Assembly (NCBI GenBank): GCA_964016885.1
Contig: OZ024741.1
Location: forward strand, 112,530,001-112,594,000
Direction: 5' to 3'
DNA: 64,000 nt
Origin: Eledone cirrhosa
Taxonomy: Eukaryota
The notes under the pieces were generated by a model, which saw nothing but the letters and a program-made list of their open reading frames with translations, was not told where the DNA came from and did no database searches. The position numbers and the translations under genes were made by a program. Shown piece after piece: positions 50,391-64,000 of this stretch. Each line of letters starts with the position of its first letter. Position 1 is the first letter of the stretch.

Positions 50391-53300
50391 TTTGAACTGG
50401 TGATCTGAATTATTGTATTTCTTTTATTAGAATCACAAATAGTTTTCATATCTTGAGAATAGAGATTTGTTTTGATAATAGGTATAAATAACTTTTTATG
50501 TAACTAATGCAGTAGAATGAAAATCTGTCAGTTTCATTGATGAGTGTCCCAATAGTCTGACCAGAAAAGTAGCCAGCTCATGAAATCAAAGTGTAAGTGC
50601 CTGAGTATTCCACTGACACTCGAACCCATAACCCAATTGTCATGGAAATTCAGTGTTATACAGTGTGTAACAAAGTTGGCCCTTTGCATTACAGCTATAT
50701 TCCATCTGACAGCCCTTCAAACAGTTTTCATCTACCCATTTTCACTCACAAGGCTTGGGTCAATTCAAGGCTAGGGAAAAGACACTTTGGATATATACCT
50801 GTGTTAGTTGAATCTTGTTAGAAACTATTTCTTTATTTCGTCTTGAATACCATATTTTCATTCCAAAATTTGATACAGTTCTTCAACTTTTTTTATATGC
50901 TGGATGAAAACCACTCAAACCTATACATTAATAATACTTTATTGCATTTGAATTTAGATTTTGGATTCATTCTTTGATAATATGATATGATAAATATTAT
51001 TTATTCTAGGATATATGCACTTAACAAAAGATAATAAACTCTGAACATGCAGCAGGTGCTTACAATAAGAGGAAGTTTTCTTTAACTCTTTCATTACTGT
51101 AATGAAAAATACTGCCTATGATTTTCAAATCATTTTGAAACAATTCAGAATTTGAGAGATTTGGTAATATAACGGACATTTTCATTATTAAGCTGGTGTT
51201 TTGTGCATAGCTTAGCAAATGTTTTTGCACAAAATTATGATGAAAGCTTTATGTAGTAGAACCAGGAGTATGTTCCTATAACCCATGCAAGCATGGAAAA
51301 GCAGATATAAAAATAAGGATGATGATGAGGATGCAGTTATAAAATTAGGTATGGTGCCACAAATCATAATATTTCCCAATGCAACAAACCTCAAGATATT
51401 ACATAACCACACTGCAATACAAGGAGAAAAGGGAAGGTTAAGGAGTTGATCATCAGATTAGATCAGGGTATTAATGTTTCGATTGGTCTTTTCATTGCTA
51501 ATACTATCTGGCAGAAAAGGGCAGGATTTGCATACAGAACACACGGAACCAGATCAGAGAATGCAAATCATCCCACCTGAATGCTAAACAATTCCACCAG
51601 TCCATTGCTCCTGGATTGGTAATTTGTTTACTGACTCCAAATAGATGAAAGGCAAAGTTGACTTTGGCAAGATTTGAAATCAAACCAGAGAAAGCTAGAA
51701 CAAATGCAGAAACATTTAATCCAGTGCTTTAACTACTCTGCAATTTGCTGTTTGCACAACAATAGAAAAACCACAAATGAGAGAGTTTGTTAACATAGCT
51801 CTCCATTGTAACACTATAAATACTAGATGAAGCTGCAGTAGAGGGATCAAGGAAAACCGGTATAGAGGTTATGAAAGCTGATCCCAAATCACAAAAGCTT
51901 ACTGATGTGAAGACGAAGAAACAAAATAAGTGGAGGGATGCTCTGCTGGAAATGATCTCTCCAACCTATGCAGGCATGGAACAGTGGATGGATAATAATG
52001 ATAATGATGGTATGACAAATATTGTAGAAGAAAAACGCTGAATATAAGCCCCTTGAAGAAAGAGATAATAATAGCAAAGAGCTTGGCTGAAGAGTACTGC
52101 ATAACACAATTCAATATGATACACTAAATACAATAGAAAATATCTAACAGAACATATAAGGTAATAAATATCATTATTGAAATAGTTTAAAATATTTACT
52201 TCTGTTTTGTTACAAGAACATTTTTTTTTAGAGAATTAAGAAAAATAACATCAATAACACTAGATAATTGCTAATGTGTATGTGTGTTGTGTGTGTGTGT
52301 ATGTGTGTGTGTGCCTATCTGTTTGAGTGCATATGCATGTGTTTATTGTATTTAAATTTAACAGTCAACAGTTAAATGAGTTAAATGAAAACATTTAAAA
52401 AAATTAAGACTTTGTATGTATGTACATACAAATATATGATATAAATGTGTATGTACAAACACATACACAAACATAGATGCATTTATATATATATATAAAT
52501 ATATATATTCACACATATGTGCACATGCGCACACACACACACACCTATATATATTCACAGATGCTTATATATGTATTTGAGTATATGCATTTAAATCAGT
52601 TTATATCTATATTAACTTATTTATGTATGAGTATATTTGTATATGTGAATGTAATTATCTATACCTTCGTTTTACCAAACGGAAAAAAAAAAACTTAAAA
52701 AACTGAAGGAAAAACGTTTTGTAGTAGTAACAGTGTAACATTCTCTGGTAATCTTTTGATGGCTTGTAATTAGTTTTGTATCTAGCGAAGTATGTAAAAT
52801 TAGTTTCTGCCTTCAACTCTTTAACTTTGTTCCAGTTTAGCAACCAATTTGTGGCAATTTATCATCATCAACATCATCATCATCAATGTTGTCATTGCTG
52901 CTGCCGCCACCACCACCACCACCACCACCACCACTTAAAATCTGTTCTCCCTGCTAGCAAGGGTTGAATGGGTTGTCGCAGACCTGTCAGTATACAAGTG
53001 AAGATACTGACCACTCAGAATGACTGGGGGCCTGCATCTTACTAAATATTTAGAGGTGCTGGGGCCTTTGGGGGCTTGCATTATGCTAACATACATTGTC
53101 ATGCTGTACTAAGTACATTTTATCATAGCACCAATACTAGGAAAGTTGTCATGTCTTTGACTCAGCTGAAGTGTCCCTTCAACCTATTGTTTGGCAGGTT
53201 TTTTTACAGCTGGATACCCTTTCTGTCCCTAAAAAACTTTACAATTCTCTTTGATAAAGTAAAATAATAATTCCGTTGTTCATCTTGTTTAATTAATTTG

Positions 53301-54284
53301 AATTTTTATTTATTCTTATATATTTCATTTTTGTTTTTTGGGACATTTTTTAGGCATGGCTGTGTTGTTAAGGAGTTTGGTTTGCAATCACCTTGTTTTG
53401 GGTTCAGTCCAACCGTGTGGTACTTTGGGCAAGTGTTTTCTATTATAGCTTTGGGTTGACAGAAGCCTGCTTTGTGAATGAAATTTGGTAGATGAAAACT
53501 GTATGGATGCCTATTGTCTGTGTGTGTGTGAGTATACTGTTTGTTTATGTCTAGTAGCTTCTTACTTTGACAAATCGAGATTGATTAACTATGTACCAAA
53601 CCTGAAAAAATAAGTACTGGGGTTGATATAATTTACTAAATTCCTTAAAGATGGTGCCTCAGCATGGCTGTAATCTGATAAGTGAAACGAGTAAAATAAT
53701 AAAAGAATATGTGAATAGATGTCTCATGGTTCTATCTTTTATTATTTGAATTTATTTTGTAGAAGATTTTAATTTGCAAAACAGCTAAAAATCTTGATTT
53801 GTAAGTAATTTAATAAGTATGAGATTTCTTTGTCTTTTATTCTCTGAATTTTGGAATTACCATACTTGTGTGTGTGTATGCGTATCTATACTTATCAGCA
53901 TGTGTTTGTGCATATCTATCTGTTTGTGTATGTGTATATATATATATATGTCAGTGTATGTGTCAGGAAATTTGCATGTGTCTGTATGTGTGCGTTTGTG
54001 CATGTGAACATGAGTTTTCATATGTACATGTGGGTCTGTGAATGTGTGAGTTTGTTCTTGTGTAAATATAAGTATGTATGTGTGTGTATATGAGTGTATA
54101 TGTGTCTGTGCATGCGAATATGGTGATGGTTGTGACAATGGTAAATATGGCAGTAATATTGAGGAGGGTGGGGAAGAATTTCTTTCTAATCTTTTAAATG
54201 AACACCATTGCATATTTCGATTTTTGTAATGTGTACTTATGGTAGAAAACATTGTAAGAGAACATGAAGAATGTGAAATATACT

Positions 54285-55045
54285 AATAATGGTTTCTAAT
54301 TTAGGCACAAGGCCAGAAATTAGGGGAGGGGGATGTTGATTATATTGACCGCAGTTGATATTTAAATAGTCACTGAAAGATGAAAAATGAAGATGACTGA
54401 CCATAGCAGAATTTGAACTCAATATGTAAAATACAATAAGGTAAATACAATAAGGTATTTTGTCCAACAGTCTAACAGTTCTGTCAATCATCATCATAAT
54501 AACGTCTGTTTTCTATGCTTGCATGGGTTTGTTGGGTTCTTTTTAGCACAGCATCTCTCCACCCACCGTATTCCTCGATCATCTCCTTTGTGAGTCTCAG
54601 TCATTTCAGATAATTTCTTAACACCTCTACCTAGGTTATTTTTGGTTTACCTCTACAGCTTCCCTCTACTAGATTTCCTGGCATTTTTTCACCTAGTGAT
54701 CATCATCAATGTGCATCACATGCCTATACTGATGCAGTCTTTTCTCTTGCACACCACTTTGGATTCCTCTTAAACCTAGTTTCTCTCTCAGTTCATCCAA
54801 GCTTTGCCTTTCTCTCACAACTATATTGCACATCCAACGAAGCAGGTTTGCTAATGTGAAATATAATAATAATAATAATAACAATAATAATCGTTTTTGA
54901 TTGAAACACAAGGCCAATAATTTTGGGGCAGGGGAAATTCAATTAAATTGCCCTCAGTGCATTACTGGTGCTTTATTTTATCAACCTCGTAAGGATGAAA
55001 GGCAAAGCTAACCTCGGTGGGATTTGAACTCAGAATGTAAAGTAT
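54285..55045 (-). mobile_element. Cluster of two degenerate SINEs (54285-54490, 54895-55045) and a diverged RTE 3' fragment (54490-54860)
   Basis: SINE core and tail motifs. LLRWMCN...ERQSLDELREKLGLRGI is RTE-like. Confidence 0.65.
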
Positions 55046-55046
55046 T

Positions 55047-56209
55047 CCCCAAGGTTCCGTTTTGGCACCGATGCTCTTTAACTTTCACATGAGTGATATG
55101 CCCAAGGACAACTTCAAGGAAATTTGCATAAGCAGATGACCTTACCTTGGCTACCCAATCTACTGACTTTGACAAACTCAACTTTACATTCAAACTCAAC
55201 TTTACATTCTAAAGAAATGGAGGACTACTCCTTTTACTAGTGCCTTCAGCTCAAACCAAGCAAGACCATTGTGACAGCTCTCCATCTCAGTACCAGACAA
55301 GCTAGGATAGAACTCAGGGTTTCCTTCTGTAGTAGACCTGTCAAGAAGGAATCACACCACAAATACCTTGGTCTTACATTGGATCCCAGCCTGACCTACT
55401 GAGAGCACCTAAAGAGGGTTACCAGAAAGCTCAAGACTAGTATTAATATTATCCACATGTTAGCTGGAAGCAGCTGGGAGATGTAATGCACACACTTTCT
55501 GAACTGCATGCTTAGCACTTGCATACTCAGTTGCAGAGTAATGTTTACCAGTCTGGGCAGGTAACTGCCATGACAAGCAAGTTGACACCATACTGAACTC
55601 GGCAATGAGAATAATACCAGGCACACTGAAATCTACACCTACTCAGAGGCTCCCTACCCTTTCTCATATAACTCCTTCTCACATGCGGCATCAGGAGATG
55701 ATCAGAGAGGCAGCACATCTTATCAAGTTCAAGCCCAACTTTCTCATCCATGAAGACATAGAAAACCTTCCCAACATGCGCTTGAAATGATTCAAACCAT
55801 TCTGGGAATCTATGAAGACCTTTCAAGACAATAACTTTGATCTGAAGAAAAAGTTGCAAAGATTATGGAATGAGTCCAATTTTGCCAACCAAGACCACAT
55901 CCAGGACTCTACATCTAAAGGAGTTGGCTTTGACCTTCCTAGAAAGCAATGGGTGTCCCTTAATCGGATCTGCACAACACATACCAAAACAGCCCATCAT
56001 TTCCACCGATGAAAAATGAAAGACAGCCCAGCATGTGACTGTGGGAGCCCAGACTAGACAGTGCTGCATGTTGTTTGGGATTGTCCCCTTAGCCATTTTC
56101 CCAGCAGTTTGGAGTCAATCTATAATACTACAAATGATGCATTAGTCTGACTCCTCAATCTCAATCTGTCTCTCTAACAATTGTACATATGTCATACGAC
56201 AAGAAGAAG
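55047..56209 (+). mobile_element. Vingi/Ingi-like non-LTR retrotransposon, 5'-truncated and degenerate
   Basis: QGSVLAP.LFN, ADDL, KYLGLTLD, AMRIIPGTLKSTP, GFDLPRKQWVSLNR, CDCG...HVV.DCP, and a catacgac(aag)n tail. The clade is inferred from these motifs. Confidence 0.75.
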
Positions 56210-56859
56210 CAATATTTTACAGTTAAATACCATTCCTGATACCAGCCCTTTTAATCACTTCTTACAGCATGCAAGGATACAGTTTACCTATTCAAAACTG
56301 GATAGACATGCTTCTACATGGGGCTGAATTTTGATTTTTGGAGGTCCATGTCAATTCAGCTTCAGTAAGCTTCTCACATAAAACAATACCTAACAATTTA
56401 CCAAATTTCCATATCACACTCTGCTTAATGCATGTAATTGGAATTGACAAGTTATACAGACATGTTAAATACAAAAATGACCAGTTGTGCATAAATGCAA
56501 ATACATGTTACTTGGAAATGTGTGTTAATACTTAAAGGTTACATGGACATATACATGCATACATCAATTTTACTGTGAAATATACATATATACAAGTTAC
56601 AGAGAAACATATAAATACATAAATGGTTCATGGAAATATATATAAATACATAAAAGTTTCAGGGATATATACATAAATACATAATTTTTATGTTTTACAT
56701 ACATCTTAAATACAAATCTGACAAGTTAGTAGCAGGGCTACCACAGAATTTATAGCAAGCCTACTAAAACATAGAAAGGTTAAATGCATCTGTCAATGCA
56801 AAACTTTATCTAAATTAAATACAGTTATGCTACAGTAACTTCAAAAATATTTCTTTCTA

Positions 56860-57420
56860 CACTTGACATCTAAAAAATCTTTAATGCCTTCAAACTGCTT
56901 TCTACATCCAGTAGGTAGAGAGCACTTGGGCCATTTTGCTTCTCAGATAATTCATTTTCAGTGCTAGTTTATTGAGTGATCATTCCCCTGAACAGCTAGA
57001 GACAATCAAGCTCAAACATATTCTAAGAGCTACATTAAGATTTGGAAATGTATCAACAAGCCTTTCATAATGGAATAAAACTGCCTGTTAAGATAGAGTG
57101 ACACATGATCTAAGCAAGAAAAAGGCTGCAAGCTGAGAATTTCTTCTTTCAACACAATACCATAGGGAAAAGCAGCAATAAGTTTCTCATTTTCAGTTCA
57201 CATTTCTGCATCAGGTACACTACACAAGTTTACTATAATTTTGAACTTGCCATGTACTGATTGGTACTGATTGGCATCAGACAACTGATCTAAAATTATA
57301 TTGAAAGACGTACATCTGCATTTTTTTCTTGGGGGAAAAGACAATTTCCTCTGATATTAATGTTGGATTTGCATCATAATGTTTGTTTTTTCTTTATTGG
57401 CCAACCAGTTATTGCTTTGT
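56860..57420 (-). mobile_element. hAT transposase C-terminal remnant
   Basis: 57060 to 56926 translates as LVDTFPNLNVALRICLSLIVSSCSGE*SLNKLALKMNYLRSKMAQ (hAT dimerisation domain). Confidence 0.75.
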
Positions 57421-57749
57421 AGTCTGTGGTTCTATTGCATCCAGTTCTGACTCATTATGCCTACCCCAAAGGGATTTCAGAGAGTTTTCTGGATCAGTTA
57501 GATCTGAGAGAAAGTGTGAGATTAGAAAGAGAGAGAGGTGGAGAGAAAGTGAGAGATTAGTGAGAGGAGGAGAGGTAGGGGAAAGAAAGAGGGGCCATAT
57601 TTACATTAGTTGCAATGATCCCGACATTAAAAACAAATTTAGATTGGGTGGATAAAAAAATCTGAAGAGTGCTGCAGGATTAACAAATTGTATCTTAACA
57701 AAAGAATAAATGCTAAAGAACATATATTATCCCAATGAAAATATTTTTC

Positions 57750-58400
57750 TTGTCTTCAGATCATCCAAATATTTCATAGAACTCTTTATATCTATCTTTT
57801 TGCAATATCATTTTCTATTGACAAAATTGCCAAATAAATTAACCCGTCTTGTGTCATGAACTACCACAAATATGTCTTTATAAGCTTTAGCTTACTAACA
57901 TTTCTTTCTCCAATCACTACATTTATACTTATTGTAAGCATTATTCTTAATGCAACCCACGGATTCGACATGACATCCTGTAACTTTTTACTGATGATGA
58001 ATATATCGGAAACTTAATATCTCCAGGAAATAATTTTTTTGCAATAGCTAGTTCAGATCATGCTTCCAGTCATTAATTTCCAGATTTGCCAAAAATAACT
58101 TATTTGAGATGCTCAAAACTTTGCCACAAAAGTAATATATTATATTGATAGTCTCTGTATAAACAAACTACTTTCTCAGAAAATGTTCACTGTTCTTAAT
58201 TTGTTATATATTGTCACAGAAAAATTATGTTTATGTGCATCTTTTGGGAAAATATACTGTTTATTAATAGGATGTTGTGGCTTAGACTCCACCACTGATA
58301 ATTCCTCTGGTCAATATTGGATCATAGTAATTGTTTCTTTTGGGATGATTTTCAAATGTACTTTCAAAATTTCCAGAATTCTCTGCTAAACCTTATTACT
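57750..58400 (-). mobile_element. Second, internally deleted hAT transposase remnant (TTF-type Zn finger plus dimerisation domain)
   Basis: FPKD..HNFS...FCGKV...INDWKH (~58255-58060) and ALRIMLTISINVVIGERNVSKLKLIKTYL..MTQDGL.YLAILSIEND (~57953-57800). Confidence 0.75.
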
Positions 58401-58475
58401 TATGTTTTCAACTTCATTGCACACATGATCTTGCTGCTTTAATTGATATGAAGAATCATACATTTTATTAGAATA

Positions 58476-61424
58476 CTAGCATTAAAGCCCTGCGTTGCTC
58501 GGGGTCAGTAAGTTACCAAAGTTAGGTTGCACCACCCATTTTATGGCAGCACTTTTTTGTCTGCCAGGCACTGGTTGAATGAATTGCAAACCTGCACTGC
58601 CGAAGCAGGAGCTGCGCCAGCAGTGACAATTGTAGTTTCGCCTATTGATATTATCTCTGTGCAAAGAAGTGTTCAAATTTATTGTTTCACAGTACTTGCA
58701 CAACACGCGTGTAGACGATGCCAGCCAAGCAACAGGGCTGCGATGGAGTTGTTCTGCATGAGATGTTTTAACGGGGGAGGAGTGGATTGAGGGAACCGCA
58801 AACTGGGGCCTGAAAACATTGTCGAATTATGACAACCAAAAAAGAGCAAGAGGGATCATTGTATGGTTGGTGCATCATGTACGTCGGGCGTAGATGAGCC
58901 TGCTGCTGTGCCAACGGAGGGAGGGAAATAGAGCTGAGTGGAGGCCAGGGGTAGGTGATACCTAACAGGCCCGAAAACCTTCCCTTTTTTTATTAGATCA
59001 ATTAGCTTAGCCAGCTTCTGCCTGAAAACCCTGGCAATATCATGCCGATGGCAGTACCGCTGCCCTGGGATAAGTTCCCACGTAACCTCAACCCACTTGG
59101 GGTTACACGTAAACGTGATGAATAAATCGGGGCACCCATAATGCCGAGCGTACGTCATAGTGTCCTGTGTTCGCTCGTGCATGTACCCCCCCCCCCCCCG
59201 TATAGGTTCAGGGGAGAATGCACATTTTGCCGATGTTCCGGGGGTCAGTGTCATTCCTGATGCCGTCACGCAAATGGATGTAGGAGTCTGAGTGCAGCTG
59301 CTTCTGATTCAATTTTATGAAGCACAGTCTCTCCGACTCCATCTTTGCAGCCATGTCAACTGCAAACTGGTGAAACAGTTCCCGTGACCTGTGCACGGTG
59401 CTGAAATCGCTAGGCCTCGTCATGAAGCGGTATGAGTATAAAGCCATGCATGAAACAGTTTTAGATGTTGCAGCAGTGGGCTCGTTTGGTTTGCGCTGAG
59501 GAATGCCGAAATGGTACCCGTCTTCTCCGTATGCAAAGAGAAGGGGATACTGCAGGGTGTCGTATGAACGATGCGTCTCATTAATACGTTGAAGACCACT
59601 GTCACAACTTTGAAGAACTATGTCTCGCTTATTGTGCTGTTCACCATGGATAACTACGGCCACTTCATTGCACGAAGGAGCGTTATAACGGCGTGCGTGC
59701 TCCCCAGAAGGTCTTTTGTCAGCATCGATTACAATGGTGAAGTTTGGTGAAGGATGTGTTTCCAGTGCGTATTTGAATTGAAACTGCGAATATAACTGTT
59801 GTGCTCATGAAGCATGTTTTGAAGACCGAGCAGCACGACCCTTTTAAAAGTGTCAGCGTCAGTGTTTGCATGTGTTGGAATAACGCCGAACCGTGCATTA
59901 ACTTGCCTACTGTAGTTAGAAATGAAGTAAATTTGAAGGAACGAAGGCTTGCAATTTTGTAGTGGCTGGAGCGACCCAATAAGATGGTACACCTACTCCT
60001 GGACCTTGAAAGTAGGCATCAAACCACTTTCTCTGACAACGTTAGCCCCAAAAGAAGTCATTTGAAACGCACAATTGTACTTCCTGATGAGTTGAAGGAA
60101 TTTGGATGACCTTGAGGTAGAACCAGTAAGTAGTTCCTTCAAAGGCTCTGGTGGTTCCCCAAAAGGGGGCAAGCTGACCTTACCGTTTAAGCAGCACATT
60201 GCAGGTGGCTCCCCAGCCCACTTTTTAGCATTGCAAAATTTGCAATTGAAGCGCATTTCCCCTATATTTATGTCGGCACGCATCGAGTAGTTAACGTTGG
60301 GCTCATACTTGAAAGCCCGTAGGTGCCAGTATGGGCTGTCGGGGCTCGTCACACCGCGGGAAGCTTCTTGTCGTCGACTGTTCCGCTCCAACGTAGAATG
60401 TTGCTCCTGTGGGTCGTGGGAAGCTCTTGCAGCAGTAGCAGAAGCCACCCTTGCAATCCTAGTGGAGCGCCCGTCTGCATCTTCAGAAGCCATGGAAGCA
60501 GTCATAGCCGCAGCGTTCCTAGCAAGGCGATTCCTCCGCCGTTCCAAACCTTCCAAAGCCCTGGAAGCAGCAGTAGCCGCAGCGTTTCTATTCAGTCGAG
60601 CCGCCCGTTGTTCCGGGCCCTCTGAAACCCTAGAAGCAGCAGTAGCAGCAGCGTTTCTATTCAGACGAGTCGACCTTTGTTCCGGGCCCTCTGAAGCCCT
60701 GGAAGTAGCAGTAGAAGCGTTTTTTTTTAATGACGTATCGCCCGCTCCGAATCGCACATTGCAGCACGTCTCGAGGCGTCGTATGAAGCCATCTTGGCTA
60801 GGCGTGCGGTGCGTTGTTGAAAACTTTCAGCAGCTCTGTATTCCGCTGAACGTAAGGTGCTCTGTGAAAGTCTTAAAGCAGTTTCCTCGGGGGGCTCGTT
60901 TGCTGTAATCACCCTCTACGCCGCCGCTGGCGCAGTATGGCGACCGAAGCGACTTCTCTTTTTAGGTGGTATTTTATGTGAAAAAGAAAGGGTGAAAGTT
61001 CTTCTACAGCAAAATTGAAAGTATAAGGCTGAAAACTGTCTGCGTTCCGCATGGGAAAAAATGGGAGAACGAACGGCAAACTCACAGTTTGTTGAAAGCG
61101 TGCTTCTGTCAGCAATTTGAAGTTGTTTGGCCAAAAATCCCTATTTGTTTTTTTATCACTCAATAACCGTGTAAATATGTTATACTCAAAATGTAATTGT
61201 GTGTGAGCACGTATTTTTTTTTTTGATTTATATGTTGAGTAGAGAGAGGAAATTATTTCCGTAATTGTGGGTGATTTTGAAATAAATAAATAGTCGTTGA
61301 CCTAAGTTAGACCATTTACAACATTCTTACAGACTTTGAGTCGAATCGGTTTGAAATTGTGCAAATGTATAAACATGGAACATGTGCACACACACACACA
61401 ACAACAACAATCTGCTTTTATAGA
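58476..61424 (-). mobile_element. Helitron, internally deleted (non-autonomous), both termini intact
   Basis: Minus strand begins A|TCTATAAAAGCAG (61424) and ends in a cccgagcaacgcaggg hairpin followed by CTAG|T (58476), i.e. an AT target. Confidence 0.9.
58960..60912 (-). pseudogene. Helitron RepHel N-terminal part (STPR-like repeats, Zn finger, Rep motif 1)
   Basis: CKFCNAKKW..E...CCLNGKV, YNCAFQMTSFG, YDTLQYPLLF..GEDG, PDLFITFTCNPKW. Homology stops before the HUH motif and there is no Pif1 helicase. Confidence 0.9.
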
Positions 61425-62559
61425 TAATGATACAGTGTCTTCAATTGGACTGACTTTACAAATATTGGATGAAAGATTTGTTGACATCATTTCTAAAAAA
61501 ATGTTTCTGCTACTTTTTCAATTGTCTTAGCCTTGTGGACTTTTAAAAAAAAAATTATCATTCTTATATATATAGAGAGGATAACAAGGTATCGTTTAAG
61601 GTAATCCAGTATTCTGACGATTTGATCAGGTATGGACTGTAATTAAGGTCGAGTGATGTAATTTCTAATGATCAGTGGCTTTTAGACTCATCTGATTAAA
61701 GAAACAATTGTTAATACTATAAATAAACCCTATTGTACTGCCAACCATGTTATTCGTCTTTCTTTTACTATATATATATATATATATATAGCCACATACA
61801 TCAACATTTTACGTCCGCTTTTTCCTGCTTGCAAGAGTTGGATGGGTCCTATTCAACACAGCATCTCTCCACTTGTCATGCTCTTCGTCATCTCCTCAGT
61901 GATCATCAATATTAGCAAACACCATTATTTATATACCTATACATACACATTCATGGCAAAGTTCATTACATTATTAAAAACACATTTCTAGTGTGTATCT
62001 AAAAGGTAAAATTAATCTTTAAGAATAGGACTCCTTCTCCAGCAAGAGAATGTGCCTTGTCCTTAAAAATTATCATCTGGAGATCCTCTTTTATGGAACC
62101 CCCTTCTAACAAGACAGTCCAAGGCAATTGCCCCTTTACTGCCCTATAAATCTAACCTTGCTTCTACACAGTTTCCTCCAATCATATTCTACTCATAAGA
62201 TATTGTTCAACATGAAATCATAGTAGACCACATTTACCCAAAATTCTGTGTAGTGGAATAGAATCTGGAACCATGAATTTAGGAAGTGAAATTCTTAAGC
62301 ACTTCTCCTGTATGCTGATTCAACACCACAACAAAAGCACCCAGTCCACACTGTAGTGTGGTTGGTATTTGGAAGCACATCCAGCTGTTGAAACCAAGCC
62401 AAAATACTGATCTGTATGAGAATGGCATTGTCTCCGGTCCTGACTTATCTCATAACGTGACAACCAGCTAACCCATGCAAGTGTGGAAAATAAGCTGTAA
62501 ACGATAATGATGATGAAAACCACGAGTGAATGTCTTATCAGTCTTTAACATGGAATAAA

Positions 62560-63420
62560 ATAAATGGAATAAATTAGTGGTAGTGTTGGCATTGTTAGTG
62601 ATAAAAATTATGAATGTTAGTTGTGATGATGTGGAGGTGGATGTTTTGTTAGAAATGTTGATGATTATTTTAGTTGGGTGTTTGATGATTATAACATTGG
62701 TGATGATCATGTGTAATATTACTGGTGATGAAATAGATCATTGTAAGTGGCACGATAATGAGGATGTTCACAATGATGATGATAATAACAATGATAGCAG
62801 CAATACGGATGATGTAAAGGATGAAGACAACAATGACGATGATGATCACAACAACAATGACAACAATAATGACAATGAAAATGATGATGACAATGATTAC
62901 AAGGTTGAGGAGAAGGATGATGATGAAAATAATAATATAAATATTGATTGCAAGTCACATGTGATGGTAAATATGTCAGTTGTCTAAATGATTGTGGAAT
63001 AACAGGAAATGAGGCTTTTATTTTCTAGCAGTAGAAACAAAGGTGAAGATGGTAGTGATAGTGGGGCAGGGAGAGATAAAAGTAGCCATATTTGGGTGGT
63101 GATGGCTGTGACAATGGTGAAGGCCATAGTATGGAAGATGAGGATGAAGGTAGCCATATTTTGGTTGTAGTGGTTGTGAAAATGTTAGTGGTAGTGGGGA
63201 AGAAGGAAATAAAAGAAGCCATGTTTGGGTAGTGATGGTTGTGACAATGGTGAAGATGGTAGTGTGGAAGGTGTAGATAAAGTAGCCATATTTTGGTCAT
63301 ACTGACTATAATGATGACAGTAATGATGGTGTGGTATTGGTTTTGGTATTGACAATAGTGAAGACCATATGGTTGCATAGATGGTGTCAGTAGTTGTAAT
63401 AAGGAAAGAAATCATGTTAG
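62560..63420. repeat. Degenerate (GAT/GGT)n low-complexity tract with a repeated gtagccatattttgg/gtgacaatggtgaag unit
   Basis: Direct reading. Confidence 0.7.
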
Positions 63421-64000
63421 TGTGTTAGTAGTGATGAATATATGTAATATTCCTAGAATAAACACAGAATATTTTCTAGAGTTAATCAAATTATATTAGA
63501 TGTGTCATATGAGAAACCAACATGATTGGTATTCTTGCTTTGGTAACATTGACAACCCTCCATCACTACCATGCCCCAACAACAGCAACCACAAACTCCT
63601 GTTCCTTAGTTGCTTAGTAACCAAAATTTATTTAACCAACCAACCTAAATGTATAATTCTAGATTGGTATATCTTTGGAGACAAGCATATTTCAAATGTT
63701 ACGTCTAGCATATGTCTCCTATTTAACCCTACATGCACCCAAGCTAACCCTCTGGCTGTTTGAGTATTTAACATATTTCTGTGCTCTGTAACAGGGCTTT
63801 AACCAAAGTACTTATCATCCTGACTACTGTATCCTTAAATATTGAATCACATATATACTGTATTAAATGCCGCCCTATACTACTCAAATTGCATTCGCAT
63901 GAACAATGAATCATTAACAGCAACTATTATTGTATTTCTTTTGTGGTATATAAATGATACAGACTGTATACTTCACAGTGGCATATTGATATGATTTCAA

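Noticed and set aside
60297-60908. 203-aa plus-strand ORF
   Set aside because: Antisense shadow of the GC-rich repetitive Helitron coding region.
62577-62987. 136-aa ORF with a hydrophobic N-terminus and D/N-rich tail
   Set aside because: Arises from degenerate (GAT/AAT)n low-complexity sequence, with no gene evidence.

Overview
AT-rich eukaryotic (animal) DNA with no supportable host gene. The repeat repertoire (long (TA)n/(TATG)n tracts, RTE, R4/Dong, Penelope-like elements, tRNA-SINEs) suggests an octopus or other coleoid cephalopod; this is inference. The window is a dense nest of transposable elements, most of them sitting in (TA)n tracts. DNA elements: an apparently intact Merlin/ISXO2 transposon (1478-3252; ~160-bp TIRs, uninterrupted 324-aa DDE transposase), an internally deleted Helitron with both termini and STPR-like repeats (58476-61424), and hAT remnants. 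Retroelements: near-full-length and truncated RTE LINEs, two R4/Dong families, a Vingi-like LINE, several Penelope-like elements (PLEs, including a near-complete Hydra-type copy with direct and inverted pLTRs, 17940-22985), SINEs, and six copies of a ~610-bp non-autonomous RTE derivative. The main signal hidden from the ORF track is RNA-level. By eye I find about 17 hammerhead-ribozyme (HHR) motifs in about 10 unrelated sequence contexts. They include a U3-A8 covariant core, palindromic stem-III (dimer-type) forms and two ORF-less tandem HHR units resembling retrozymes. About 20 of about 22 protein-coding TE fragments lie on the minus strand, and long inverted repeats are frequent. Most short ORFs in the track are microsatellite artefacts. 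Boundaries of degenerate elements are approximate, and all folds were done by hand.
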